Source: Lama glama (taxonomy: Eukaryota). From it: a DNA stretch of 64,000 bases. Every line of letters starts with the position of its first letter. Position 1 is the first letter of the stretch. The notes beneath the pieces were generated by a model. The model saw only the letters and a list, made by a program, of their open reading frames with translations. It ran no database searches and was not told where the DNA came from. A program made the position numbers and the translations under genes. The stretch covers positions 32,490,001 through 32,554,000 of the forward strand of contig CM052817.1 of the NCBI GenBank assembly GCA_028534125.1, in the 5' to 3' direction. Below, one piece after another: positions 1-13,192 of the stretch.

Positions 1-752
1 CATAGCTCAAGTGCCCTCCTCCAGGACCCTGATGTCCAGGTAGGTATTCTGGGGCGGCTAAGTGATTTTTGGTTTGCCCGGCAAATCTCTGGGGCATGGT
101 GGTAAGTAGCTTACATTATCAGCCTGCAATTTCTAATCCCAGCTCCTGCATTTCCAGACATTTTTCTATGTAAGTTTTGGGGTGGGAAAATTCACTCAGA
201 CTACATTCAAATGTGCAGGGAAAAAAATAGTAGTTTCTTTACTAACTGATGATTGATTTGAGTCTCCTCACAAGCTCCCTACCTGACTAGGGAGAAATGG
301 GGGTTGGATACAATTAGTCCAATTGGATCAACTCTTCTATATTATGGACAATCTGTTGAGGTAACATAGTCCCCTGTGGATCTGTGTAGTCAGCTTCTCA
401 CGTCTTCCTCATCTACTTCTCATCATCCCTGAGATAACACCGGGCTATGATGTATAGTTGAGCCCCTTGGTTACAGCAGAAATTTTCCAATGGCAGATAC
501 AAGGAACTGACTATAGTTGAGAAAACCACACCCAGCCTTACACTGAGTAACTCAGATATATCACGTGGGCTAAAGTCCTTTATCCTTGGGGTTCCTCTCA
601 TCCTACCTGACACATCCTTCTGTCTTAGAGCAGAGACTGAGCTCTAAGTGTCCTTATCTGGCCTCTTCCTCCCTGTCCCTCTCCATAGTTTATCTGCACA
701 TTAATGTGGGCTTTTGACTTCCCCCAACTTCCAGTTAGAAAATAAATAAGTC

Positions 753-1005
753 ATGTAATATTCAGGATGTAATATAAGGATGTAATATTCAGCATGGTAA
801 ACTATAGTTAATAACACCATACTGCATATTCAAAAGTTGCTAAGAGAGTAGATCTTAAAAGTTACAAGAAAAAATGTAAATATAGTGACAGATGGTAATA
901 GACTTATTGTAATCCTTTCACAATATATACAAATATTGAATCACTGTTGCACATCTGAAGCTAATATAATGTATGTCAATTACATCTCAATTAATAAAAA
1001 AAAAA
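753..1005 (+). mobile_element. L1 3' end fragment (L1MA9-like) with poly(A)
   Basis: aaagttgctaagagagtagatcttaaaag...gtatgtcaattacatctcaattaataaaaaaaaaa resembles the L1MA 3'UTR terminus. Confidence 0.8.
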
Positions 1006-1339
1006 CCTTTGAACAGTACTTTGCTTTCACGTTCAGCCTGTAAAATCCTATCCTGAGTTGTGAACATGAAAATGCAAAAAGAGAAATGCTCATTCATAGG
1101 TTTTGAAATATCACCTCTCAGGACCCATACAAAAAAGGGGAAAGGATTTACGGCAAGATATTTATAGTGTTTATAACTGTATGACAAGATTATGTGATTT
1201 TTTAAATCTTATTTTGATTTTCCTTATTCTCTGACTTTTCTATGATGAACATATACTACTTGGTTACATTTTTTTAAAGTCATGTTTTCAATATGCCTGT
1301 AGCACTATCAGTTGGGAAAAAGCAAATTACAGTCTCTGT

Positions 1340-2700
1340 GGGAACTAATTTAAACTTGTCAGAGCAGTTAAATTAATTAGGTCTTAACTGACGTTTAACA
1401 GCCAGCGTGGCAGGCCTGATACAACTTACAGGGACTTAGAAAATTGGGCCTAATAGCCTGCAGACTGTCGCCCTGCAAAGCCGGCTCAATTCAGGGCAAA
1501 CACTGTGTCCGGCAGGGTTCCGCAGGACACCTCCGCATTTCAGCTGGTTCTTTTTCCTGGAGAGGGGCGGCGCGGGGGGGGGGGTTTCTGAGATAGGACA
1601 CAAGCCTGTTTTTGTCCTCGTTCCTTCTTTGCGAATTTTAGCGAGGGGATTGCTGCAGGCCCTGCTAGAATATTTCACATGTGGATCATTGTCAATAAAT
1701 CCTGGGGGGCACTTTTTCTCCCATAACAAAGAGGGACTAGAGCTCACTTTTTTGGTAAGTAGATTTCCTCGAAAAATGAAAACATAAGAGTTTGATTGAA
1801 TATCCTGGAGGAAAGATGCACTCCAGGGTTTCCAGGAAGGGGTGACGTTCTCAAGTAGAAGGAGGAGAGGGGCTTTGTTGCTGTCACGGTAGCGGTGGCC
1901 CCTGGCCAGTCCTGGGACAGATGGCAGGGGGTAGAGGGTGGGTGGTGGGGAGTGAGGAGACAAGGAGAGGGACCGAGTGTGCCTTGCAGAGTCATCTGAC
2001 AGAAAGTGCAGCTGAATGTCCCAAGCAGGAAATTTAAGCCTCAGTCTTCAGGAGAGGAAAAAGGTTCGCAAGAAATTCTAAACTCTATTTTTCTTCAGAT
2101 GGGTCTGGAAGGAGCATCTTGCCCCTTGTGCATGTGAAGCTAACAGAAATAGCCCCCCTCTCCAGAGTGCAAAGGAACTCACTAAACTCTTTTCATTTTT
2201 TACCGTGGAAGCCTCCACAGCCATGTCAGACACTGAGTCAAAATACAGCAGAGGGGGCTGCCAAACACTTCTGGGGCAAAGGTTTCTTTCTGCAGCGCTA
2301 CCCGTCCCAGACGATTACCTGTCTGCTGCCTCCGGGCGGGGTCTTAATCACTTCCAGCTGTGTTGGCTCCCACCATCCCTCTGGCCCCTCCCCGTCTAGC
2401 CTCCTTGCCCTCTGCCTCTAGTGTAGGAAAAATTAAGTATCGCACTTAAATCCCCCCTTAGGACTTGGGGATCCTGAGCAGGAACCTCGCCATGGTATCC
2501 ATCTCCAGCGACAGACGACGGGGCTGGCTTGCCTCACACGGGGTGTCTCCTTTCTGCCCCGTGGCCGAGCCCTTCTCCCTGCTCCTAATCAGTTACAGCT
2601 AAGCACACACAGGAAAGTAGGTACAGCCCGACTCCACTGCACAGCACCCCTCCCCTCAAGCCCCACACTGGTACCAGAACCCTCCAATTCCTTCTTAGGA
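1340..2700. promoter_or_regulatory. Repeat-free, CpG-enriched candidate promoter/enhancer
   Basis: More CpGs than flanks; GC boxes (~1563, ~2334); TAATTA (~1375); SOX-like AACAAAG (~1725); AP-1 TGAGTCA 2234-2240; CACTTCC overlapping E-box CAGCTG (~2349-2360). Confidence 0.5.
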
Positions 2701-3047
2701 ATGGGTTCTTTAGGGCTGCATTTAAGCTATCATCATTTGAAATACACATTTTTCTGCCAGGGTAGCTGGTGTCTCTATCAAGTCAATTCAACACAAGCTT
2801 CGGTGAATTGGGGGGATTGAAAATCTATGGCTGGAATGAGACTGGAAATTGCCTGACATTGTGTCTAGATCACGCGATCCCTTACACACGTAGGTGTCGC
2901 TAATCAAACTTGGAGCCGTTCTCCTGCCTGATCCACGAAGGCTGAGGCTTCAGCACCCTTAACACAGCACGCCAGGTAGACACTGAAGCCTGGGAAGATT
3001 GACAGATCGTGTGAGGTCTCTGTCATCTTTGGAAGTACATTGGGCAG

Positions 3048-3201
3048 CAGTGAGCTCAAACTTGACCTTACATCAGAGTCACCAAGAGGGCTTGTTAAAT
3101 ACGGGTCGTTGGACCCCACCCCAGGGTTTCTGATTCTGTAGGTCTGGGTGGAGGTGCTGGGGATGCTGCTTCTGGTTGGGGACCCACTTTGAGAACCACA
3201 G
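3048..3201 (+). mobile_element. MER5A hAT-Charlie MITE
   Basis: catcagagtcaccaagagggcttgttaaa...tttctgattctgtaggtctggg...ctttgagaaccac. Confidence 0.85.
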
Positions 3202-4930
3202 GTCTGCATCATATCAAGGAATTTGAAATCTATTCATCAGGCAGTGTAGGCTCGTTGGAGGATTTTAATCTAGGTGGGAGGGGTTTATGGGGTCAGGGCT
3301 ACACTTCCCAAAGTTCAGACTAGCCATAGTGTGGAGGACTGCCTTGGAGGGAGTACAGCTGAAAGCAGGAAGGCTAAGCAGGCGGTGGGCATGATCCCCA
3401 GGTACTTTTCACCGCGAGGGGTTTTGTATAATCTTATGGAATGAGATCCTGACAGCAAAATTGCACCAGGCAACCTGCAGGAGCCTGAAAAGGTAGAAAA
3501 TTGAGCAAGATGGTTTAGAAGAAAGCAATAAAAGAACATAGGTAGCCTCAAAGACATGTCAGTCAGTTCCCAACTTTGCCAAAGGCAAGCGGGTTCCCAG
3601 AACAGGAGACTGTGACCCTGCAGAGAAGTGACACTCGCCAGGCAGACCTGCCAAGTCTGCAGGGCCGGCTCCCTCCCTCTCCCCCATCTCTTCCCTGTGG
3701 GGAGATGTTCCTGGGGGAGTGCTGCTCGGAGAACAGGTGGTGGTAATTACCAGGAGACCAGCAGTTTCCCTGCCTCATCTTTCAAAGTGTCAAAAAGGCT
3801 GACTTAGGAAATGATGGAGTGCGGGAATCTCTCCTGACTTGTTCAGTTCAGTAATGCTTGGTGGAGCCGGGTCATTCTGACTTGGTGGCTGACGTGTAAT
3901 TTTGGAAGGCCATTGAAAAATATCTAAACTCCACTGATAGTGCTTTCCTAAGGAGGATAGGCTATAAAAGAGAATTCAGAATTTTACTGCACATTCCAGG
4001 TATGGAAGTGAAGCTACATTAGAATCTGAACAGATAATAATAATAGCTACTAAAAGCATCATGGCAGCCCCCTGCGCATCTAGTGGATTCATGTGGCTTT
4101 TGAAGCCCCTCTACTCATCTGCAAGCCACAGAATTGGTCAGACGGGCCCACTCTGAATCTGCTTTGTGCATTTTCACCTCTGGCTCTGCCCAGGCAGTTT
4201 TCCAGCTATGAGACTCCTGAACCTTTCCTCCTTTACCTGCATTCATAACTTTTCTTTAAACACACAAACTCATCACCATCCCGCTTTCTTCTGAAGTCTT
4301 TCGGCACTTCTGGCTTAGTGTATCCTTTGGTCCTTAGTGTTGGCCTTCTGGTATTTGTTCCCTTTTTAGGAGGAAAGACACAGCTCCCCAGATGGATAGT
4401 AAATTCTGATTTGGCCCCATTTGTCTGAAAGTGAAGCATTACACTCACGTTAAACTTGCATGGGTGACATGGGGAATGCCTTGGCTCCAGCCTGAATCTC
4501 TGGAAGATGCTGTCTGCAGTTAGGCCCCATCTGGAACCAGGGACACGAACACCGCCAGCATGTTCTCTCCTCTTCTCCAACTCTTGTTTCTGAAACGTGC
4601 TCCATTCTGTTAGACTGGAGACGTTAACAGCACCAGGAAATTGGCGACTCTCAGGCTCATTTTGCCAGTCAAGACACCAGGGGGAGACAGGCCCTCTCCT
4701 TGTCTTCGAGTTCAAAACACTGGATTGACATGGCTTGGGATATCCCGACCCTTGGACTACTTAATGAGTTGCGGCTGGGGGTGGGGAGGGGAAATTCTAT
4801 TTCATGCTTGCTTCCTTCTTTGCAAAGAAACCCAGTTTGGTTGGGTCATCTCCCTCCTGCAGGTGGCTAAGTGCATCAGGGGGAGCTGGCTCAGCCCCAG
4901 CCTTGAGGATGGGTCCTGAACGGTCTCAGC

Positions 4931-5072
4931 CAGGAGTCAGCAAACTTTTCCTGTAAAAAGTCATAGTAAATATTTTAGGCTTTGGAGGCCGTACCTCTTT
5001 TGGATCTACTCAACTCTGTCATTGTAGTGTGAGAAGAAGCTGTGAACAACACATAAATGAATGAGAGTATGT
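4931..5072 (+). mobile_element. MER58A fragment
   Basis: caggagtcagcaaacttttcctgtaaa...agtaaatattttaggcttt...ctactcaactctgtcattgtag. Confidence 0.85.
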
Positions 5073-7539
5073 TTCCTCACACCCTCCGTTGAACGTTTTC
5101 ACTGCCCCACCACCACGACGTTTAAGTTTTTAATTCCTGCTACTAAAAGATGTATCCTCGGAATTGCTCCAAATGCCCATAGGAAGCCCCAGTTGGGAGG
5201 GGGGGCCAGTGTGACTGCAGGTCTCTCCTCAGCTCACTCACCAGAGCACAGCCCAGAGCACTCCTCCTTGTGACCTGTGGCTTTCACCATCTTTCCCTTC
5301 TCCACTCCTGATTCCAGCCTCACAGCCATGATTCATTCACCTCTCGAGTTGACCTCCTTTTCCCAGGGTGCCAGCCGCCCACCACATCCCTCCACTCTGG
5401 ACCTTGCCCACTCAGGTGCTTGCCTGTCAATACAAGGCAGCTGTTGTTGCCCCATCTGACCACAGAGATGGCACAGGCTCCCAGTCCCAGAAGACACCCT
5501 GGGTTTGTGCTCAGAGGCAGACCTGGTGAGGGCGTTCTCCTCCATTGGCATCTCAGGCTGCCATTCAGCAGGCTGCCCACATTTTCCCACTAGCAGCTGC
5601 TTTTGTCTGTTTCTCCTCCCTGTTTATTTTCTGTGCCTGTACACCTTGTTTTTCTTTCAGGGGACCACCTATCCAGACCTGCTATCTGGTTCCCCTGGAA
5701 ACAAAGTGTGGAGTGTGCAGAGGCAGCTGGGGGATGTCCCTGGACAAGCTCGGCTGCACATGGACCCCTTGGAGGTTGGCCGGCCACCTGGCAGAGAGGG
5801 GCTGAGCCCTGGCTGTGGAGATGAGAGGGGATCCTGAACAAAGTCCGGGGCAGGCCAACACCTCATTAGTTCATTTGGATTAGTTTCTTTTATCCAGTTG
5901 TTAGGAATGTTGCATAGTGATGGATGAGGCATCCCTGAGATTTTTATCCCCTGAACAATATACAATTTGGCAAGATTACATAAACCATGGAGAGAGTACA
6001 CAGAAGTTGACATGTACGTACAGACTGACTTGCAAAATTGTAGAAGATGGCCTGAAATCCCAATTCCACAGCCCTTCTTCATTTTTCCTGCAAAGTCTTG
6101 GGGGCTTATACTTTGATAGCCATCTTTGCCTTCGGGCTCCTTGCCCATTTGTGCTGTTTCTTCTTCTATCAACCTGAGCTGCGAATCAGGACAGCTGCTC
6201 ACCTGGACACAGAACCAGCCTGGACCCTGCATGTAGCTGTCCTGTCCAGGGACAGGATGGCAACTAAAACCAGTTCCAGCTCAGCTTTCCGAGGAAAGCC
6301 CAGGGGAAGGGGTGTTTTAGGTAAAACCCAAAGGACACACCATTTTGTGACTTGTTTCACCTGAGGGGTTGCCTTTTCTAAATTGTACAAAGGTGTCACA
6401 TAGACTAACTGAGGGTCCCGTGTGGACCTCAGCCTTTCACTGATTCCTAGACGGGAGCATCCACTCGCACCTGATGTACGTGAGTTTCTAGTATCGAAGA
6501 TCTGAGGGTCCTGGGGAGGTGGTCACTTTGCACAACACAGTCCCTCACTCTTGTTCTTTCCCCTTTGTCGAGGAGTTCAGCGTCATCCTTGCTGCTTGAA
6601 TGTGCCCTTGGGAGTCTCCCTCACCGCCTTCAATGAGTTATCCAAGTTTTTCTTTCAAACAAATGCAAAGCTCTCCTTACAGGGATGTCTGGTGAATAAC
6701 ACTCTCTGTACCCCAATAAGTGGGTGGGGTCCAAAACAAAACAGCTTATCTTTGCTAAACCGGAATACACTGTATGCACCACACCGCTAAACAGAACTGG
6801 TGAGTCCAGGGGCAGAAAACAACGCCGCTTTTCTCCCCTTCTGCCTCCCCTGACCCACTGTTCAAACTTGTTCTGTCTAATGCTTACGTTTTTCTCACGA
6901 AATGTATGTTTCTTTTCATTATAAGGATAGTCGCACTTCTGGGATTAAACGCTAGTCACAGTTCAGAGTAAAAAGTTTACATTTCCTTTGAAGTAGAGGC
7001 TCTCACCCCCCAACCCCCACAAGGTTTGCTTGATGAGATTCACCTGCCAGTGCTCTGCCCCCCCGACCTGCACCCCCACCCCACCAGGTGGCCAGGGGGG
7101 CCTCCGGGATTGAAGTTGAGGAGGTGGGAGAGTCAGGGACAGGAAAGGTGTGTTTGTCTGACACCCATGTAATCTGGTGTAGGTTCCCCCCGGCCCTGGC
7201 AGAAGTTTGAAGCTGAGTTTCTTTGAGCCTGATGGAGGTTCAAATCTTTCCCCCTTTTCTTTTTTGAGGTGCATTTGTGGGCTGTTTGGGGTTCCCTCGC
7301 TGGACCCAGCCAACTGCAACTTCAGCAGACAATTCCCCTTCAGCTTTGCTTCGGATGGCACTTCTCCAGCCTCCTTTTTGTTGTGGTTTTTGCCAACATT
7401 TATTATGTTCCTCTGCATTTCCTATAAAATAGGACATAAAGGTTTGATCAGAACTAGTTTCTGTTTTCTGCACGATTACTTTTGCAGATGTTGAGAACTT
7501 CTGACTGCATTGCAGAATGTTTGGTCATCTTTCTTTTCG

Positions 7540-8300
7540 TGAGGTTAAGATTGGTCAGTGGGCTCAGATGTTGCCAGACTGATTCTGGCATCTGCTTGGA
7601 CTGAATGATTTTAGCAAGTATTAGTGATGATTACCTAGATCCATTATTTCATTAGAATATCACCCTTTTATACCAACTCATGAAAATTGGAGTACATTCG
7701 AAGTTAAATATCTTTATGCATTTATTGGCCTAATTTCTCCTATAAAGACAAATTTTCCTTAACCAATTATTTGGTTTTCTTGGGATACATACAGTCCATC
7801 CAAGAAACGTGGGATAAATGCTTGAGCGTTTCCCCTCATTTGTCAATTACTAGAATTATAAGTTGGCTCCTAGTATCCTTCAAAGATGAACAATTAGAGT
7901 TTTTTGGGTATCATTATAGACTCATAGATTTTAATATATTTGATGCACCTCAATCCACAGCAGTTATTATTTTTATTATTATAATAATAAAATTACTATT
8001 GCTGCTTAAATTGTCCCATCTTTGGTCTGTGGGAACCTCTTCAGGGAACCTCCTGAGTCATTGTGACATGACCCCAGTGGTCTTTAATACTTTCCTTCCT
8101 TTCTAATAGAACAATTATTTGGGCCCCTTTTAAAATATTTTCTCTCCCAGACCAAAACTATTTTTTTTCAAAGAGACCTGGTTCTTTTCAGTGGGAAATC
8201 GTATTTAGAGAGCACATCTGGGCACTAGGATACTGATTGCTATTGGGTTGGTTATTATTTCGATATCTTTTCATTGGTCAAGGCTAGGAATCTGTATTTA
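7540..8300 (-). mobile_element. Old L1 3' region (L1MC5-like)
   Basis: aaattgtcccatctttgg...cctgagtcattgtgacatgacccc...cctggttcttttcagtgggaaat...atctgggcactagg. Confidence 0.7.
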
Positions 8301-9916
8301 AGAAAATATTTATTTAAGATTGGAAGGGAACCAGAACAGATTTTTTTTTTTAAGTAAAAGAGCAGAATGGGAAGTATCCGTGCATATCGTATGTAAGAAG
8401 GATAAGTATTCTTTTACGAAAATTCTGTTTTATTTTATGTGCGTCTGTAAAAAAGATAAGGGGAGAACTTATTCAATATCTAAACATTATGTATTTAAAA
8501 TCATGGATCACACTCCAAGAAAAGATTTGAGAGCCCTGGAATAGATCAGCTGTTTGAACCAATACCTCCCTACACTGGAGGATCGTTTATCACCTTCAAC
8601 CAAAAGATCAATTAGGTTATGAGACTGGAAAATCAAGAATCCCTTTTCTGTATTTTATGTTTTTTTTTATTACCGTGAATCATATTTGTAATGAGAACAT
8701 CAAAACAAATAATAAGAGGAAAATTTAATAGGAATAAAAGAGTGAGTTTAGAGTTTAGAAACAACCCTCTGGATGTTTTTTCTAAGCTTTTAATGTGGTC
8801 ATAAAGCTGACTTGTCCTATTTTTTTCCTGTAACTTTGAGAAGCAATATTTCAACTGTTCTTAAAAGGTAAGAGTAATAATAATAATGGTCCCTAGCCAG
8901 GAGGGAAGACTAAATGGAGAGGTGGCAAGTCTACTTAATAGGTTGACAACCAGCCATGCTGCTGTCCTGGCTCCTTTGCTATATACCCTGGCTTCCACAG
9001 TTGAAAAATAGTTTGCCCATTAACCACTTTTAGCTTCACTGAAGTTGTTAAAAAGGCAATTATGCAAAGTTTTGTGAAAAGTATAATGCCTTCTGCTACT
9101 ATTCGGGAGACAGAAGACAGGAGTGTGGGGTCAGCCTTGAATATGGAGGTAATTCAATCAGTCTTACAGTTTTCATGCGCCAGAAAGGTGGACCTCAAAC
9201 AGTGAGAGCAGGGCTGATTCCTCTTAGTTCTAATGTAGATTGCAGGTGCACATACAGAATGATAATGAAATCCAAAAAGCCCCATGAGAGCCTACAGCCG
9301 CACTGGATTGACTGTGTAACAGAATTCAAAATTGGAACAAGGGACAGAAGGTCTATAAAACTGACAGGATTCATTTTTAGATATGAAGTTTAAAAGAAAT
9401 GCGTCCTTGAAACTGAAAGCTTGCCAGCTCTGCCATTTTTATACATTTTAGAAGCAGTGTGTGAAAAGTCACAGACATGTTCTTTCAATAAGGTGCAACA
9501 GGAAATGAGCAATAAAACTCAAAACCGTACAAATGCTTGCCCAAAGGCACCCGACACCCCGACCACTTACTCTAGACCATGCTTTGAGCCACCTGTGCTT
9601 TAAAACAGCCCTGGGCACACTGCTCTCCAGACAGAGGGGGATGCTTTAGGAAAGGGATTTCTCTCTCTCTCTCTCATTCTTTCATTTATGCAACTGCCAC
9701 TTCACCCTTCCACACCTGCGTGCTCACTCCCTGTCTCTCTGGCCCCCTGTGTGGTCATGGATAGGGAGCTCAACACCTCTTTGAATCCACTCACACAAAA
9801 GCATTGGTAAGTAAGTCAGCTTTTGGTAAACACTAAGAGGAGACAGAGGAGAGGGTTTATATTACTCATCCCACAGCAAGCCACTGAAAAATTCCCTCCA
9901 AGATGTTCATGTTCTC

Positions 9917-10464
9917 TGGAAGCAACCTAAATGTCCATCGACAGATGACTGGGTAAAGAAGACATAATATATTTATACAATGGAATAGTAGTCAGCCATA
10001 AAAAGGAATAAAATAATGCCATTTGCAGCAACATGGATGGACCTGGAAATTGTCATACTAAGTGAAGGAAGCCAGAAAGAGAAAGAAAAGCACCATATGA
10101 TAACACCTATATGTGGAATCTTAAAAAAGAGACAAATGAACTTATTTACAAAACAGAAACAGACTCACAGACATAGAAAACAAACTTGTGGTTACCAGGA
10201 GGGAAAAGGGGTGGGAAGGGATAAATTGGGAGTTTGGGATCAGCAGATACTAACTACTATATATAAAATAGATAAACAACAAGGTTCTGCTGTATAGCAC
10301 AGGAAACTATATTCAATACCTTACAATAGCCTATAATAAAAAATATTAAAAGGAATATATGTGTGCGTGTTTATATATATATATAAAATTGAATCGCTGT
10401 GCTGTACACCAGAAATTAGCACAACATTGTAAACTGATTATACTTCAATTAAAACATTTTTTTA
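9917..10464 (+). mobile_element. 5'-truncated artiodactyl-type L1 (ORF2 C-terminus and 3'UTR)
   Basis: Encodes MPFAATWMDLEIVILSE; degenerate TSD aagatgttcatgttctc (9900-9916) / aagatgtctatattctc (10465-10481), 14/17 match. Confidence 0.92.
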
Positions 10465-10744
10465 AAGATGTCTATATTCTCCAAATCCTGTCTCAACATC
10501 CTCATCCATCCTGAACCCTTCCCTCCCCACCTTCTTCTCCATGAAAGCACCCACCTGTCCTTTCTCTACTCTCTCACTCTAAGATTACCCCAGGAAGTTC
10601 AAATTCTCCTCTTCTCTATTTGGCAGATCAACTTAGCTGCCTCTGTTCCTGCCTCTAAACTGGGAAACTCATCACAAGGACCCAGAACAAGAAAGGATTC
10701 TCCAGGTAGTAGAACCTAGACTCCTTAGAAAGCAGACTCCATAA

Positions 10745-10822
10745 TTCATACATTCAATAAGTATTTACTGAGTGCCTGTCATCTGTCAAGGGATGTTCTA
10801 GGTGGCCAGGGTATAGCAGTAA
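10745..10822 (-). mobile_element. L2 3' end fragment
   Basis: cattcaataagtatttactgagtgcct...tgttctaggtg. Confidence 0.6.
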
Positions 10823-11169
10823 GTCACCATCTTTTTCTATATGCGCCTGCTTTTTGGTGTCCCATCCTTACGCCATTCATCTCATCAAAACATCTCTTCT
10901 GAACACACACAGTATTCTCTGAGAGAGAATTCTGATGAATGAAGTCATCTACACCTGGCTCTATGGATTAATGTTAGCTATATTCTTTTATGTTTTTAAT
11001 GTTTTTTAATTAAAAGCCAGCCCCAAACTGAGATAATACTATTTCCTATATAATATAATAGAATATATTTTTAAAACTAGTAAAACCTGGCTTTGACTTT
11101 GGAACTGACTAGGCTGACCACATGAATCAATATGAGCTTCACAGCCCTTTGGCAAGAAAAGAGAATTCC

Positions 11170-11400
11170 TATTCACGGTTTTGGAGAGCAACCTGGCAAA
11201 ATGGGTCAAGAGCCTGAAAACTTTCCATATACTTTGACTCAGCTGTCCTCTTCTGGGGAATCTCCCTCAAGAAATAGTGCTACTAAATGTGAGAGATGCC
11301 CCAAGTTGTGAATTTAAGAAACAGAAATACTCCAAATGTTCATCAATAGAAGAATGGCCAAGTAAACTCTGGAGTCTTCCATCTAAGGACTGTCATGAAA
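11170..11400 (+). mobile_element. Old L1 (L1ME-like) fragment
   Basis: tttggagagcaacctggcaa...ctttgactcagc...ctggggaatct...aaatgttcatcaatagaagaatgg. Confidence 0.55.
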
Positions 11401-11477
11401 CCACTAGGCGTGACGGTACCTTCGTCTGCTCAAGCTGCCGTAAGGAAATGCCACAGACCAGGTAATGTAAACAGTGC

Positions 11478-11570
11478 TAATTTATTTTCTCACAATTCTC
11501 GGGACTGAAGTCCAGATCAAGGTCCAGCAAGGCTGGTTTCTGGTGAGAACTCTCTTTGTGGCTTCTGCTG
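11478..11570 (-). mobile_element. MLT1 (MaLR) LTR fragment
   Basis: aatttattttctcacaattct...gaagtccagatcaaggtccagca...tttctggtgag. Confidence 0.7.
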
Positions 11571-11783
11571 ATGAGATGACTTGCAAGTGGAAGCAGAACT
11601 GGTTTCTCCCACAGTATGGGAGGGAAGTCACGTGAATGTCTACCGGCTGGGCACACCTATGTATAAGAACTATTTTTGCATTGCTATCAGTTATTCACAA
11701 TGTATAGAATTGTAAAATAACTCAGACAATGAAAGGTTAGAGCAGGATAACTTGGAAGGGTGCAATCTAAAACAATTCATAGC

Positions 11784-12306
11784 CAAGACATGGAAACAGC
11801 CTAGATGTCCATCAGCAGATGACTGGATAAAGAAGATGTGGTATATTTATACAATGGAATACTGTCCAGCCATAAAAACCGACAACATAACACCATGTGC
11901 AGCAACATGGATGTTCCTGGAGAATGTCATTCTAAGTGAAGTAAGCCAGAAATAGAAAGAAAAATACCATATGAGATCGCTCATATGCGGAATCTAAAAA
12001 AAAAGAAAATACAAAACAAACAGACTCATAGACATAGAATACAGACTTGTGGTTGCTAGGAGGAGGGGGCGTGGGAAGGGACTGGGATTTCAAAATGTAG
12101 AATAGATAAACAAGATTGTACTGTGTAGCACAGGGAAATATATACAGGATCTCGTGGTGGCTCACAGCGAAAGAGAATGTGACAATGAATATATGTATGT
12201 TCATGTATAACTGAAAAATTGTGCTCTACACTGGAATTTGACACAATATTGTAAAATGACTATAACTAAATAAAAAATGTTTATATATTAAAAAAATTTT
12301 TTTAAA
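11784..12306 (+). mobile_element. 5'-truncated younger lineage-specific L1 3' end
   Basis: Encodes IAKTWKQPRCPSADDWIKKMWYIYTMEY...AATWMFLENVILSEVSQ; TSD taaaacaattcatagc (11768-11783) / tagaacaatgcatagc (12307-12322), 14/16 match. Confidence 0.93.
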
Positions 12307-12774
12307 TAGAACAATGCATAGCTTTGAAGCACAAACTTTTCCCTACCTTAGCAAGAAAACAAACAATATTTATTTATACTTATTATAAATAACTCCTCCT
12401 AAACCTATGTATATTAAAAGTACTGGTAAAAAATCCTTCCTCACTAAAAGGAGAAAATATGTACATACACACACATTTGTAAGTATGTATGTTTGTATAT
12501 GTATGTGTATGTGTTTAGAGGGGTTATTTTACTTTTCTGCAATTTAAGAAAAATTTTTCTTAATGAATATGCATTATTTTCATAAGAAAAATAATTTTGG
12601 AATCTTAGTTCATGAAAGAAATTCTGTCTCCAAACCCTACTTCTGCCATGAAACTTTCCTTAATTAGTTTCATCCATCTTCCTTCCTGATTTTCTGCTGA
12701 TTCCACATCTCTCCCCACACTTTCATGTTGATTTTCATTTGTTTGTTTGTGGACATTCCCTGTGTGTGTTTCAG

Positions 12775-12890
12775 GACTGTCTTTCCTATTAGACTGAAAG
12801 CTCTTCGAGAGGAAGAATCTGTCTTCAGTTCCCTCTGTATTTTGTTGTCTACCTACAAACTACAACCTATTTTTTGAATAGATGTGTTGA
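12775..12890 (+). mobile_element. L2 3' fragment
   Basis: tgtctttcctattagactgaaagctcttcgagagg...tgtctt. Confidence 0.55.
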
Positions 12891-12974
12891 TTAGATTTTA
12901 TGAGGTGAGCACTTCTCAGATTGGGTAACTTGAGTCTCTATTTCTTGGAGATACTTCACAAATGAAGAGTTTCC

Positions 12975-13192
12975 TAAGCAAAATAATTTTAGGAATACTG
13001 AATGCTTTATATCCCTGTTGAGGCTTCACAATGCAAATTAGCATATTAAAGGCTCTGAAAAGTCCTGCAGTAAATAAACCTGCTTAACTTACTTTAACTC
13101 AACACTTCTCAAACATATTTGATGTGAACACCTTTCAAAAAAAAATGATACCTATTGACATTGGGTGTTTTCTGGGATACTTTGTGGGAAAC
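12975..13192. mobile_element. hAT-Charlie MITE (subfamily uncertain)
   Basis: attagcatattaaaggctctgaaaagtcctgcagtaaataaacctg; related copy at ~33575-33830. Confidence 0.65.

Noticed and set aside
1436..1963. 175 aa minus-strand ORF
   Set aside because: No recognisable homology or exon structure; long ORFs are expected in GC-rich DNA
5061..6400. Cluster of overlapping ORFs on both strands
   Set aside because: GC-rich, stop-poor sequence with no recognisable protein or consistent splice pattern
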